A DNA stretch of 62,986 nt, filler included, from Octopus bimaculoides (taxonomy: Eukaryota): NCBI RefSeq assembly GCF_001194135.2. It is 7 parts of 7 records of this genome, joined end to end, with 100 filler letters (N's around TTAATTAATTAA, not from the genome) between each part and the next. Parts side by side here need not be neighbours in the genome. Positions count along the whole stretch, not along the records: positions 1 to 17,029 come from NC_068992.1; 6 more parts are not named here. One strand, given 5' to 3'. How positions within the stretch are numbered: the stretch's first letter is position 1; each line of letters starts with the position of its first letter. The translations under genes and the position numbers were made by a program. Shown piece by piece: positions 1 to 12,949 of this stretch. The notes beneath the pieces are model-generated. The model did not search any database. It saw nothing but the letters and a program-made list of their open reading frames with translations, and had not been told where the DNA came from.

Positions 1-54
1 TACAAGAATCCAGGTCGTGTTTACAACTTTTTAGTCTTCTAGCCCATAGATTCC

Positions 55-201
55 ATCACCACAACTACCACCACCGCCACAACCACCACCACCACAACCA
101 CCACCACCACTACCACAACCACCACTACCACAACCACCACCACCACCACAACCACCACCACTACCACCACTACCACAACCACCATCACAACAACAACAAC
201 A
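55..201. repeat. imperfect (ACC/ACA)n trinucleotide array
   Basis: Direct reading: accaccacaaccaccaccactacc... Confidence 0.95.
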
Positions 202-214
202 CGGTAATCATACT

Positions 215-392
215 GTTGCTAACATTTATACATACACACATACACATATACATACACACATACATACGTACATATATATATTTATATATATACATGTATG
301 TGTTATGTACATGTTATGTAGGTAAATGAATGGGTGTATGGGTGTGTATATGTTTATAAATGACTATATATGCATTTATATATATGTGTGTA

Positions 393-434
<42 letters not shown>

Positions 435-605
435 TACACACACACTACACTCATGTATGTATGTATGTATGTATGTATGTATGTATACTGATATGTACAT
501 ATGCATGTTTGTATGTATGCATGTGCATATGTGTATGTTTTCGCATACATAAACATGCATACACATACACAGACGCATGCGTATATACATATACACACAC
601 ACGCC
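215..605. repeat. compound (TA)/(CA)/(TATG) microsatellite
   Basis: Direct reading; source of the YI/VC/MYVC pseudo-ORFs. Confidence 0.95.
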
Positions 606-714
606 GATACGCGCGCACGTATCATCTGCTCTGCAAATCAATCCATACAGGTTTGTTTCATTCAAACTCAAACACGGGAGATGATAGCTTCGTAACGAAC
701 GCTATACCGAGACC

Positions 715-997
715 AATCACCACGATCATCATCACCATCATCATGAAGAAGAAGAAGAAGAAGAAGAAGAAGAGGAGGAGGTGGTGGTGGTGGTAGTGGA
801 GGAAGAGGAAGAAGAAGAAGGAGAAGAGGAGACACGGTAACAGCTACGACAACGAAGAAACGAAGAAGCGACCAAGGCAGGACTCGACGCGGTCGCTCGC
901 CCGATCGACTTGCTAGAAACAACAGCCCAGGAAACTAAGTCTCTTTCAAATCGGATTCTCTGTCATATTACTTGCAATAGTAACAGTAATAATAATA

Positions 998-1072
<75 letters not shown>

Positions 1073-1559
1073 TATATATATATATATATCTTACGTATAA
1101 ACATGCATACGTGTTGATGAATGGTGTCGGTCGTTGGTGTCACAATTAAAGCGTTTTTGATCATTTTGTTTATAACCATGAAGAGAGTTAAACACGGGGA
1201 CGGATAACATAAACAACAGCATAGGTATCACGTTCACCATACATTCACACAATACACACAATACACACACGTATGTATATGTGTGTGTGTGTGTGTGTGT
1301 ACGTATAGACTGAGCAATCAATCAATCAATCGGTGTGTAGTAGGTTTGGCTCATTCAAACTCACTCACAAGTGATTGATACCTTAGGAAAATCTTGTAAT
1401 CAACACCGCGACAACCATCGCCGCCACCACCAGCTACTACAAGAACAACTACAATCAGCATCGACATCATCATCATCATCATCCTCATCATCATCATCGT
1501 CATCATCATCGCCATCATCATTATCATCATCAAACACAGTGAAAGATTGAGAGAGCGTG

Positions 1560-1624
<65 letters not shown>

Positions 1625-1745
1625 GGGGGGAAAGANNNNNNNNNNGTGTGAGAGAGAGAGAGAGAGAGAGAGGGGGGAAAGATTAAGACAGAGAGAGAGG
1701 GGGACAGAGAGAGAGAAAGAGAGAGAGACAGAGAGAAAGAGACAA
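715..1745. repeat. cluster of (CAT)n, (GAA)n, (GGT)n, (AAT)n, (GT)n and (GA)n arrays
   Basis: Direct reading, e.g. (AAT)n about 985-1070, (CAT)n about 1460-1530, (GT)n then (GA)n 1560-1745. Confidence 0.9.
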
Positions 1746-1849
1746 AGGTGCAAAAGGCGTTTTACGCTTCTGCCATTTTTACCGAAACCAAAAGAAATAA
1801 ACTCTACATAAAACTTACCTTTTTTTTTTCATTCAACACTCCGCGCGGT

Positions 1850-1883
1850 TCCCTACTGCTGCTGCTGGCTGCTACTGCTCTCG

Positions 1884-1929
<46 letters not shown>

Positions 1930-2308
1930 CACTACTACTACTACTACTGGTTATAGTTGCGGTTGTTCTTCGTGTTGCTGTTGTTTGTTATTGTGGTCGT
2001 GTACAACAGCTTCTGCTGTGTTTTTTGTTGTTCTTCTTCCTTTTGCTTTTCTTTTCTTTATTGCAGCCAGTGAAACCACTGCAAATTATGAGTATTGCTT
2101 TTGTTGTTGTTGTTGTTGTTGTTGTTGTTAATGACGATGACGATGACGATGATGATGATGATGATAATGATGATGATGACGATGATGATGATGATGATGG
2201 TCGTGATTGCTCTACCTTTAGCGTTTTCCGTCTCAGGTACCCTCGTAGTAAGTTCCTTCTGCTCTTGCAGTAGTAGTAGTGGTAGTAGTGGTAGTGGTAG
2301 TGGTAGTG

Positions 2309-2343
<35 letters not shown>

Positions 2344-2503
2344 GGTAGTGGTGGTAGTTGTTGTAGTTCCCGTTGTTGTTGTTGTTGTTGTTGTTTTCTT
2401 GTCGACGTTATGGACGTTGTTAAGGTTAAGGTTAAGGTTGTTGTTGTTGTCGGTGGTTGCTACGACGACGACGACGATGGTGACAACAACAACGTATATA
2501 ACG

Positions 2504-2535
<32 letters not shown>

Positions 2536-2696
2536 GAGAAAAGGGTTTCAACAGCGGCTCTTTTTTTTTTTTTGCTTTGTGTTTTTGTTTTCCTTTTGTT
2601 TTGTTTTTTTCTTCTTTTCCTTATTTGAAAAAAATAAATATTCTTCGTGTTGCTGTTGTCGTTACCGCTGCACCTTCTCCGATCACAATAGAGCCC

Positions 2697-2742
<46 letters not shown>

Positions 2743-3070
2743 AACTACTACTACTACTTCTAATACTGCTATTAATACTACGGCTAATACTACAACTACT
2801 GTTGTTATTAGTGCTGCCGCCGTCTGTGCCGCCGCCTTTTGCTTCCGCTATCAGCCCCACCACTTGTACTATAACAGCTGCTGCTACTGCTACCACTGCT
2901 ACTACTGATGTATTTGTTGTTGTTGCTGTTGTTGTTGTTGTTGTAACTGTTACTGCTGTTGTGACTACTATACTACAGCGATCAATAACAAGAATCTGAA
3001 CAAGAAGAGAAAGGAGTAGGAGAGGTAAGAGAAGAAGAGGAAACAACAACAACAACGACGGCGGCGGCGG
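1850..3070. repeat. mosaic of trinucleotide arrays (ACT, GTT, GAT, GTA/GGT, GAC) with short unique linkers
   Basis: Direct reading; ORFs over it are homopolymeric. Confidence 0.9.
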
Positions 3071-5104
3071 CAACCCCCGTCACCACCAGCTGCAACAGTG
3101 GCTGCGGCTTGGTTGTGGTTGGTGGTGATGGTGGCGATGGAAGTTTGTACAGATGGTAGTAACCAGTAAGACATATTCACTGCTGGTGGTGCTGTTGGTG
3201 CAGCCTTATCACAGACTGTGTTAATGGTATCATGTGTGTGTGTGTGTGTGCGTTTGTGTGTGTGTTAGTGTACGTCGTTATGTGTGAGTATTTGTCCATC
3301 TATGTTGCTCTGTGGTAGTGTATGTATGCATGTATATGTGTATATGTGTGCGGGTGTATATATTTGTGTGAGTGTGTATGTCTGAATATCTGTGTAGAAC
3401 CAACGTAAGGAGCTCTGGTTAATAACGGTGCTGTAATGAGTGTATATAATATAATATACAAATATATATATATACATACATACATATATATATATATGTG
3501 TGTATGTATGTATGTATGTATGTATGTATGTTTATATATTTGAGGGATGGGGAAATGTGTATTGCCTGTGAGTGTATGTGTGTGTTTGTGTGTGAGTGTG
3601 TATGTATGTAAATGTATGTCTTGTCTGTTTAGCGGTGTGTGTGTTTATATACTTGTGATAACTGTTGTCGTCTGTCTCGGTATGAGTTAGTATGTGTACA
3701 TATGTCCCCTGTGTGTGTGTGTGTGTGTGCGTGTGTGCGTGTGAATTTATTGAGACTTGTGTTGCATATGTATGTATGTGTTAATGTTCGAATTTATCGA
3801 TATCGATGAGCCCCAGGTCAGCCGTAGCTGAGCAGACACATGATCAAAAGTACTCCAGTATGGCCATCTCCTCTTTAAACTTCTTTGTTGTTGTTGTTAT
3901 TCCAAATATCTAGAGTCGTATTATCCGCTCTGTCCTTCCTTTCTTAACGCGATATACTTTCTGTCATCACCAGTTATTACTAGCATGTAAAATGAACAGG
4001 CTTCATCTCTGGCTCGTCGATACTGCTGTTGTATTGTGCATATGCACAGACCTGCATATGTTTATATATGTCTGTCGGTATGTGTATATATATTTTGAAG
4101 TGGCGGGGGTGGGTTGCAGGTGTGTTTTTGACATGTGGTGGTGGCGGCGGCTGCAGCGGCGGTTCTTGTCGTCGTCGGATTTAGTCTGTTTTCTGCACGT
4201 TAATTCATCAGCGTTTTTCTGCTGTTTTCCCCTTTTCTCGCAGGTGTCTATTGTGTATATGTGTGTGTGTGCGTGTCTCTCTGTGTGTGTGTATGTGTAT
4301 GTGTGTGTTTATGTAGATTCTTTTTTCGCTACAAGTTACGTTTAGTCACAATTATATTTGGAAGAAGTTGCGTTCACGTATTTTCTTTTTTATTGAAATT
4401 ACATTTCCTTATGTATTTAAGGTTTACTTAAATATTAATTTATCTACCTGTGTGTACCTGTATGTGCGTGTATGTATGTATGTATGTATGTATGTATTCT
4501 AGGCCGTAGGAGCTTATTTTCGGTTATTCTAACTGCTTACATTTCTGGCATTTTTGAGTTTTTATTTTCGCAGGTGATTCACGTGCACCAGTGTCTGTGA
4601 ATGTGCATGTATGTCTGTGTGTGGGAGGCGAGAAGACGCACGCGTGCGTGTTTGTTTGTTTGTTATTTTAACCCCGAGTCGACTCCGATTGAGCACCCGT
4701 GTAATCAAGACGTTACTCCACCCGCATTCCGTCACTATTTCAGCCAGTGTTCCTTAAACGCTATTATTTTCTGTGTCCAACGCACCCAGTGCACAGTATG
4801 AGCGATATTTCACTGATATTTTTTTGCCGGTTCCAGTGACCATGTACAGAACCCCCTTCGTCCAGAGGTAGTGACTATGGTGTAGATTTACTTTCGATAG
4901 TGTGTGCGTCCGTATTCAGGTGTGAGCGTGTGACTTTGAATCAGTTTATTAACCGCCATGTATGTGTTTATAGTGTGTATGTGTTTGTCTATGTATGCGT
5001 GTGTGTGTGTGTGTGTGTTGTGCTTGTCAATACCTGTGCGTGTGGGCGCGTGTGATTCTTAACAATGAATGTTTGCATGAATGTATCTCTGTGTGTGTAT
5101 GATG

Positions 5105-5106
5105 TA

Positions 5107-5166
<60 letters not shown>

Positions 5167-5180
5167 CATCTATCTATCTA
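5105..5180. repeat. (TATC)n tetranucleotide array
   Basis: Direct reading. Confidence 0.95.
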
Positions 5181-6344
5181 TGTGTGTCTCTATACTTGTG
5201 TGCGAGTATTCAGGTGGTTCATTCGGTTAATATTTTCGGATGCTCCTTTTTGTAGCTGCCTGCAAGTTTCACCGTCCTCGTTCATTCTTGTTATTCATCT
5301 CCTATCATCAAACCGTCACACTTAAATCCCACAACGTTATTATTATCATTAGCATTTCGATCCAGTAATAGGGTATCTCCAATCAGTAGTGGCGGGCACG
5401 TAGTTTTCATAACATCCTTGGTGGCGGTGGAAGATAGACAGACTTAGTCAACACTCTACATGTGTTATATATATGTATGNNNNNNNNNNNNNNNNNNNNN
5501 NNNNNNNNNNNNNNNNNNNNNNNNNNNNNNNNNNNNNNNNNNNNNNNNNNNNNNNNNNNNNNNNNNNNNNNNNNNNNNNNNNNNNNNNNNNNNNNNNNNN
5601 NNNNNNNNNNNNNNNNNNNNNNNNNNNNNNNNNNNNNNNNNNNNNNNNNNNNNNNNNNNNNNNNNNNNNNNNNNNNNNNNNNNNNNNNNNNNNNNNNNNN
5701 NNNNNNNNNNNNNNNNNNNNNNNNNNNNNNNNNNNNNNNNNNNNNNNNNNNNNNNNNNNNNNNNNNNNNNNNNNNNNNNNNNNNNNNNNNNNNNNNNNNN
5801 NNNNNNNNNNNNNNNNNNNNNNNNNNNNNNNNNNNNNNNNNNNNNNNNNNNNNNNNNNNNNNNNNNNNNNNNNNNNNNNNNNNNNNNNNNNNNNNNNNNN
5901 NNNNNNNNNNNNNNNNNNNNNNNNNNNNNNNNNNNNNNNNNNNNNNNNNNNNNNNNNNNNNNNNNNNNNNNNNNNNNNNNNNNNNNNNNNNNNNNNNNNN
6001 NNNNNNNNNNNNNNNNNNNNNNNNNNNNNNNNNNNNNNNNNNNNNNNNNNNNNNNNNNNNNNNNNNNNNNNNNNNNNNNNNNNNNNNNNNNNNNNNNNNN
6101 NNNNNNNNNNNNNNNNNNNNNNNNNNNNNNNNNNNNNNNNNNNNNNNNNNNNNNNNNNNNNNNNNNNNNNNNNNNNNNNNNNNNNNNNNNNNNNNNNNNN
6201 NNNNNNNNNNNNNNNNNNNNNNNNNNNNNNNNNNNNNNGAAAGAGATGAAGAAAGAGAGAGAAAAAAAATAAAGGTGAAGAAGAAGCAGAATTGAATAAC
6301 AATAAATACAAAAAAGGGGAGAAAATATACTTCGTTACAAAGAT

Positions 6345-6356
6345 ATGATAATAATG

Positions 6357-6411
<55 letters not shown>

Positions 6412-6594
6412 TAATAATAATGATAATAATGATGATAATAATGATGATAATAATGATGATGATAAATAACTATAAATATATTGTATATATTGTAAATATA
6501 TATGTATTGTAAGTATATATGTATATATCCAAGGGGAGATTGCGCAGCTGAAAGTGTGGCGACATGAGTTTGTTATGAGATTCGAAGTAACGGG

Positions 6595-6651
<57 letters not shown>

Positions 6652-6792
6652 GAGAGAGAGTGAGGGAGAGAGAGAGAGGGAGAGAGAGAGAGCAGAACGA
6701 GAGGCTGATAAGAAGGTATGTGTGTGTTCGTTTATATGGGTGTATGTGTGAGTGTGTGTATGTGTGAGTTGTATATGTGCGTACGTGTGAGA

Positions 6793-6830
<38 letters not shown>
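6345..6830. repeat. (AAT/GAT)n, (GA)n and (GT)n arrays
   Basis: Direct reading. Confidence 0.9.
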
Positions 6831-6833
<3 letters not shown>

Positions 6834-7361
6834 ACCATGTAGTTGAAAACTGGGAAGGTGTGTGTGAATGAATGAAAAGAGAAACATAGAGTGTGTTCGA
6901 TCGAAAGAAAAGGGAAAAAAGCGTAAGGTGATAGGGAGAGGAAGGGGAGGAAGGAGGTTGGAAGAAATAAAGAGAGGAAGTACAAAAGGACAGAGTGTGT
7001 GCAAAGCGAATTAGACGTTAACTGTGAGAGAAGGGATGAGGGGGGAGCAAAGGGGAAGAGATAAAGACCAAAAGGTAGTTATATTCAAATTGTAGAGACG
7101 TATATACGTGCACACAAACACACACACTTACCTGACTTACATTGTTAGTTTAAGGACGTAGAGTAATAAAAACTCTCCATTTATATACACATACACGTGT
7201 GTATATTTTATAATTCTTATTTACATTTGCAAATCATATATCGTATCTTTTTCTTTTTTTTTTTTATGAATGAGTTACTCCGCGTCGGTCACCGGAGTGA
7301 TATTTGTTCTCTTTACAGAGTGTCTGAGTGTCGGTTTGGTGTCTGGAATGGGATAGCTTAC

Positions 7362-7405
7362 CTGATAGGCAGGTAGAAGCTGTTTAACGTTGATTTGTAA
7401 TCTAC
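7362..7405 (-). CDS. candidate internal coding exon (44 nt, VDYKSTLNSFYLPI), product unidentified
   Basis: Acceptor tttctttctcctag, donor CAG|gtaagc; only one of the two open frames joins the 7551-7677 exon (phase 0). Confidence 0.6.
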
Positions 7406-7550
7406 CTAGGAGAAAGAAATCTCCGAAATAAAACCCGAGGCCTTGGAAGTTCCTGGTTTTATCAGTTTCCATGTCACACCGGCGAAAGTCTTCTTGGGCC
7501 AACAGGTGGGGGTAGTGCAGTGCAAGCTACACCCACTGAAAATTATTCAC

Positions 7551-7677
7551 CTGCACAGGTATTTCCTGTTCTCCAAATCTTGGTAAAATTCCATATAGAA
7601 ATGTAAGATCTAGCGATCGAGGTGTAGGAAGAAAGTTAGCTTTGAGCAATCCGTAGTGAATATAAAACAACAGCTTT
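7551..7677 (-). CDS. candidate internal coding exon (127 nt, KLLFYIHYGLLKANFLPTPRSLDLTFLYGILPRFGEQEIPVQ), product unidentified
   Basis: Acceptor ctgttgtcctag, donor CAG|gtgaat, open frame, non-repetitive sequence, phase-compatible with 7362-7405 across a 145-nt intron; a shorter acceptor (gatcgctag) is also possible. Confidence 0.55.
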
Positions 7678-7774
7678 CTAGGACAACAGTGGTTTATTGA
7701 GACGGAAGTGTTGTGGATTTTTTTTCGTATCGAAGAACGATGAATTGAAAAAAAAATTATATATATACATACAT

Positions 7775-7990
7775 GCGCAGGTGTGGGTGTGTGGTAAGTA
7801 GCTTGCTTACCAACCACATGGCCCCGGGTTCTGTCCAACTGCGTGGCACCGTAGGCAAGTGTCTTCTACTGTAGCCTCGGGTCGACCAAAGCCTTGTGAG
7901 TGGATTTGGTAGACGGAAACTGAAAGAAGCTCGTCGTGTGTATATATATATATATATATATATGTTTGTGTGTCTGTGTTTGTGCTTGAC
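7775..7990 (+). mobile_element. tRNA-derived SINE family B, 5' half
   Basis: gtgtggtaagtagcttgcttaccaaccacatgg...ggcaagtgtcttctact...gtagacggaaactgaaagaagc, shared with 56965-57530 and other copies. Confidence 0.85.
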
Positions 7991-7991
7991 A

Positions 7992-8152
7992 CCTGTGACG
8001 TCGCAAATAATTTCTACAGCTGAGTGAAGTGTCAAATAAAACAACGTGAAATAAAGTGTCTTGCTTAAGAACACAACACTTAACCCGGTCTGGGAATCGA
8101 ACTCGCTACCTCATGATTGTGAGCCTGATGCTCTAACCACTGAGCCATGCGA
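7992..8152 (-). mobile_element. tRNA-derived CORE-like SINE family C, 5' part
   Basis: Reverse strand reads gcatggctcagtggttagagc...gagttcgattcccagaccggg...aagcaagacactttatttcac; matches 45140-45265. Confidence 0.8.
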
Positions 8153-8159
8153 CATACAC

Positions 8160-9545
8160 ACTAAAGTATATTACAGCCGAATGAAAAAATACGGACCTCG
8201 GAACTCGCTGCATTCAATAAAACAGTGGCCCACAATGTATTTGTAGTAACAGTACTCATATCAGCATTCGTGCTACGTGAATGGACTCTTGAGGAGATTC
8301 GAGCCATTGATGTGAAAACCCGGAAGATACTAAACAGCACACATAATTTCCACATCAATGTAATGTAGACCGCCTCTATCTAAAACGAAAACAAGGGGCA
8401 AAGGCTTAACGTTGATCCATAATGCCTTTAAATGTCGAAACGTATCCCTTCGGCAACATCTTTGAGCCACCACACGTCTAAGTGCATCCCCTGACTGAGT
8501 TTGAATACGCGAAACAGATAACATCGTGAGAGTTCGAAAGCAGCTTCTTGAGCAGCGTTCTTCGTCTGATAACCGTGAATACATATCCAAAGAAATCGCA
8601 CGACTTTACCGCAATCTATCATCAGATGAAAGGACGAGCGTATATCAGCTAGAAGACCATGCACACATATGTTAGTAGAAAGCTTCGGGATGATAGTAAC
8701 ATTGATCATCAAAGCGGTCCATCTTGGACTGTCAACAGGAATACTAACACTCACATTAGCGAGTATGCGTCTGCAATCCAAGAGAGGAAATATCAACCAA
8801 ATATCTGATGTACAAAAGGGACAGAGATCCAGGGAAAGGAGCAAGATGTGATAACCGATGCAAACTTTTTGGAGTTAACATCGAAGATAACACTCACATC
8901 ATAAGCAGTTGTCCGAAAGTGGCATCGCTGTATAATCTACCGATGAGACATGATGTAGGTAAGACACTGTATAATGAGATCTGTCAGAAGGATAAACCCG
9001 TGGCTAAAAAAATAAGAACCCACAGTATGGTTGAGGCCATAGCCACTCATAATAAAAAGGAGTACTGGTAGAATGTCCCAGTGAAAACCTCAATAAAGCG
9101 TAAACATAATTGACCAGACATAGTAATTTGGGATAGAGAAAAAAAAACAATGTACGGTTGTGGAAATCAGCTGACTAACGGATGTTAACATAAAGCTAAA
9201 GATCAGCGAAAAGGAAAATGCCTACGCTGAACTATTGAGAAAACTACAGCTACTCTACCCAGATTACAAGTTCAGGTTCATACCTGTAATTATTGGGGCA
9301 CTGGGATATGTAACACACTGCCTAAGTACCAATCTTGAGAAATTAGGCTTCTCAAATCCAGAAAGGATAAAGCTGATTCGAAGACTACAGATGCAAGCCA
9401 TCCCTCGAACTGGGAAAATCTGTAAAACTTTCCAGAACTTTATCATTTAAGAATATATGAGTATGTCTCGACATGCCACTCTATGCATGAGAATATATAC
9501 ATAAAGCAAAACATACAAATCTACACATGCACTAACTCAAAATAT
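8160..9545 (+). mobile_element. R4/Dong-clade non-LTR retrotransposon, 5'-truncated and frameshifted (RT thumb, CCHC-type knuckle, restriction-like endonuclease, 3' UTR)
   Basis: Translated pieces: DVKTRKILNSTHNFH..DRLYLKRKQG, CKLFGVNIEDNTHIISSCP..RHD, PDIVIWD, FIPVIIGALG. Confidence 0.85.
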
Positions 9546-9594
9546 TGAAAATATTGTCTTATATTTCGTTTTCTCTCATTTGTTTAACCATGCG

Positions 9595-9780
9595 ATGAGT
9601 TGGCAGAATCGTTAGCACGTCGAGCAGAACACTCAGCGGTGTTTCATCTGTCGTAACGTTCTAAGTTCAAATTCCACCGCGGTCGACTTTGCTTTTCATC
9701 TTTTCAGGGTCGATAAATTAAGTACCAGTTGAACACAGGTGTCGGTATAATCGATTAGACCCCCTCCTCCAAATTTGTTG
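9595..9780 (+). mobile_element. SINE family Y
   Basis: ttggcagaatcgttagcac...gttcaaattcc...gtcgactttgc..tttcatc...gggtcgataaattaagtaccagt; roughly 20 copies in the window. Confidence 0.85.
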
Positions 9781-10092
9781 TTGTCTCCGTCGTCGTTCTA
9801 AGTGAACTGCCGTTGGTTTAAACACACACACTGATGAAACATACGTATTACAGATGCACATTTAAAATAGCTACCATATCTACAACAGACACGTTCATAG
9901 AAATGAAACCTATGCACATAGCGACGTACTAACATATATACAGGCAAAAGCACTTAAACACGCACACACACATAAACACATACACACAGAGACATGCCCG
10001 CATATGCACATATACACACGTACTACATATGCTCATTGAATGTGTGTACGCGTATCACGTTCACATGCCGACAATATACATACAGATTGTGA

Positions 10093-10135
<43 letters not shown>

Positions 10136-10426
10136 AAAGAGATACAGACGCACACATGATCCGGCCAACATAACTCATAAAGACTTGTACAGGCCAAATG
10201 CACAAACATTGCGAGAGAGAATAATAATGACAGAAGCGGCCTTAAAATGGCGTCGTGTTTCCCTGTGTGTTTATAATTTCTAAAAGTGCTGCTATGGATT
10301 CAGAGCAAAACATATTGAGATTATATCTAATCAATTGTGCCAAGCTATGGCGGATTTACACAGAGATGTGAGTAACATGTGGAGGTTCGCTGCATTTCAT
10401 TGCCACATGTCAAGCATGCAGAATAC

Positions 10427-10518
10427 CTTTATTGTGTATACGAAAGAGCGTCGAAACCCATTGATCGACGCGCTGCTATCTTGATGGAGTGGTTGGTAAT
10501 TGTGTCTAGAGAGGGATT
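10427..10518 (-). CDS. possible coding exon (92 nt), frame unresolved
   Basis: Acceptor ctgcttctatcaacag and donor AAG|gtattc; one frame fully open (SLSRHNYQPLHQDSSASINGFRRSFVYTIK); not directly phase-compatible with the other candidates. Confidence 0.3.
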
Positions 10519-10986
10519 CTGTTGATAGAAGCAGACGTCTAACGCACGCACACACAAACACAGACATACTCACGCACACATGCATGGTAGTAGACATGTA
10601 TCATTGTGTATGCATGAGTGTGTGTGTGTGTATACACTTACATACATAGACACATATACTTCCTTTTTCTTGTCTTTGTTTCTCTCCTCCTCGCCCCGCC
10701 CCGCCCCACATTTTATCGTATTTTCTCCCCTTCACATCACCCCGTGACAGGAAAACCAACTTCCCTGAAGATTGCGTGCATCCACAGGTGAAACTCAGAG
10801 TAGCAAGAGACAGACTCCACCGTATTACAATATATTATTTATCTCTCTTGTGGTACTGAGTACATTATTTTCCGACAGTTAACACTAAACGTGCGTATGT
10901 ATGCATGTATGTATGTATGTATGTATGTATGTATGTATGTATGCATGTATGTATGTATGTATGTATGTATGTATGTATGTGTTAGT

Positions 10987-11253
10987 GAAGGCGCGTGGCT
11001 TAGTGGTTAGGGCGTTCGGCTCCCGATCGTAAGATCGTGAGTTCAATTCCCGGAGACGCGTTGTGTCCTTGAGCAAGACACTTTATTTCACGGTGCTCCA
11101 GTCCACTCAGCTGGCAAAAATGTGTAGTAACTGTATTTCAAAGGGCCGGCCTTGTGACACTCTGCGTCACGCTGAATCCCCCTCAGAGCTACGTTAAGGG
11201 TACACGGGTCTGTGGAGTGCTCAGCCACTTGCACATTAATTTCACAAGCAGGC
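10987..11253 (+). mobile_element. tRNA-derived CORE-like SINE with family-A 3' body
   Basis: A box tggcttagtgg, B box gagttcaattcc, tgtccttgagcaagacact; 3' part matches the 19849-20235 element. Confidence 0.85.
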
Positions 11254-11262
11254 TTTTATGAA

Positions 11263-11325
<63 letters not shown>

Positions 11326-11328
<3 letters not shown>

Positions 11329-11822
11329 TAGACGCAGATCAAAACCAAAAACGTAATAATTTACCGTCACTGAATTGTGACGCGGGGTGCAGAGTGCGCC
11401 AGCATTGCTAGGCGTAAGAATCAAAGAGCTCTTTAGCTACAAAAGCACATTTTCTATTTACTGACAGGGGAGACAACCTCCCCACCGCAATTGAGAGGCA
11501 TTAGATTGACACGCCAATCAATGGTTTTGAATTGCGTCAAGCCACCTAATTTTCACATTAGCATTTTGCAGAATCAGTCACCGATACCTATGGTAAAATC
11601 TATATACACCGATGGGGTAGAATTTAACTTCGGCATGGCAATCTAGTGTCTCTCAATTGCGGTGGGGTGGCTGTCTCTCCTGTCTGTAAATAGAAAATGT
11701 GCTTTTTGTGGCTAAAAAGTTCTTTGACTCTTATTTCCAGCAATGCTGGTGCTCTCTGCACCCTTCGTCACATTTTAGTGATGATGGATTATTTCCTTTA
11801 TGGTTCTGAATTGTGTCTAGTC
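11326..11822. mobile_element. foldback MITE-like element with about 185-bp imperfect inverted arms
   Basis: 11431-11508 ctttagctacaaaagcacattttctatttactgacagggg...gcaattgagaggcattagattg is the near reverse complement of 11639-11717; pairing extends to both ends. Confidence 0.8.
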
Positions 11823-12163
11823 ACCTACATTATATGTGTGTGTGTGTGTGTGCGTAGGAGTGCGCGTTCAGGTGTGCGTGTATATATACATTTATACATA
11901 CATTCATACATACAGGCATACATACAAGCATACAGATGTTTATGATCTCTTAATATAGAGGTTGTGTAGCATTAGCAATTTCAATTTGCTGTCGAAGCCA
12001 TTTCAATATATTTAAAATATTTAAACCGTTAATAATTTTAAACAGTTTAAATGTCACATTTCCTGCATCTTGAATGCAGTTCCTCGTCAAAAGAGTATTG
12101 CTTCGACTAAAGACAATGCGTGTTCTGTCAAAATTGAATATATACACATGCACACACATACAC

Positions 12164-12194
<31 letters not shown>

Positions 12195-12509
12195 TGTATG
12201 TATGTATGTATGTATTTATGTTTGTATGTATGTATGTATGCATGTATGTGTGTGTGTGTGTGTATGCATGCATATATGTATGTGTGTATATATATGTGCG
12301 TGCAATTGTTGGTGTATGTTGTACATACATGAATATGTGTATGTGTGTATGTATGTATGTATGTATGTATGCATGCATTTATATATATTTGTGTCTATGT
12401 GTGTCTGCATTTATGTGTATTTGTATATGAATTTGTCTGTGTGCGTATGTACTTGTATGTTTGTGTGTATGTGTGTTTGTGTGTATGTGTGTTTGTGTGT
12501 ATGTATGTA

Positions 12510-12546
<37 letters not shown>

Positions 12547-12949
12547 CATTTGTTTCCAATATTAAAATAAACACTAGAAGCCAAAGTCTGGTATTCAGCT
12601 TTGCTCCGTCTGACATTAGAAGTTTTGCTACTAAGGTCAATAAGACAATCCGATGGAGTAGATACACAGGTGGAAGGCACCGAGTGGTGGTTGTGGTGGA
12701 TGTAGTGGTAGTGGTGGAGGAGTTGGAAGTAGCAATGACGGTGGTGGTGGTGGTGGTGGCGCGGTTAGTAGAAATTGTTAATTTTCTTACAAGAGTTGGG
12801 ATCTGCTGATGGTGGCGGTGGAAGAATTTCTAATGGTACTGGTCACCTAGGAGATTCTGATGGCTGTAGTATTAGTAGCTGTATTAGCAACAGCAGCAGC
12901 AGCAGCTGTAGTAGTTGTAGTAGTAGATAAAGCAAAGAGTAATGGTAGA

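Noticed and set aside
314-3180. Many ORFs of 60-200 aa (YI, VC, poly-V/L/T/N)
   Set aside because: Translations of microsatellites with no domain content.
5448-6311. Long ORFs spanning N runs (also 38365-39460, 45299-46321, 47901-49265, 49514-50443)
   Set aside because: Open only because N codons are not stops.
7551-7677. Faint resemblance of LLFYIHYGLLKANFLP to the FP domain of PI31/FBXO7
   Set aside because: Only a few residues match and downstream sequence does not; no gene symbol assigned.
10290-10370. Plus-strand reading CYGFRAKHIEIISNQLCQAMADLHRD with donor GAT|gtgagt, reminiscent of a kinase HRD region
   Set aside because: Spacing does not fit kinase subdomain VI, the acceptor is weak and there are no companion plus-strand exons.
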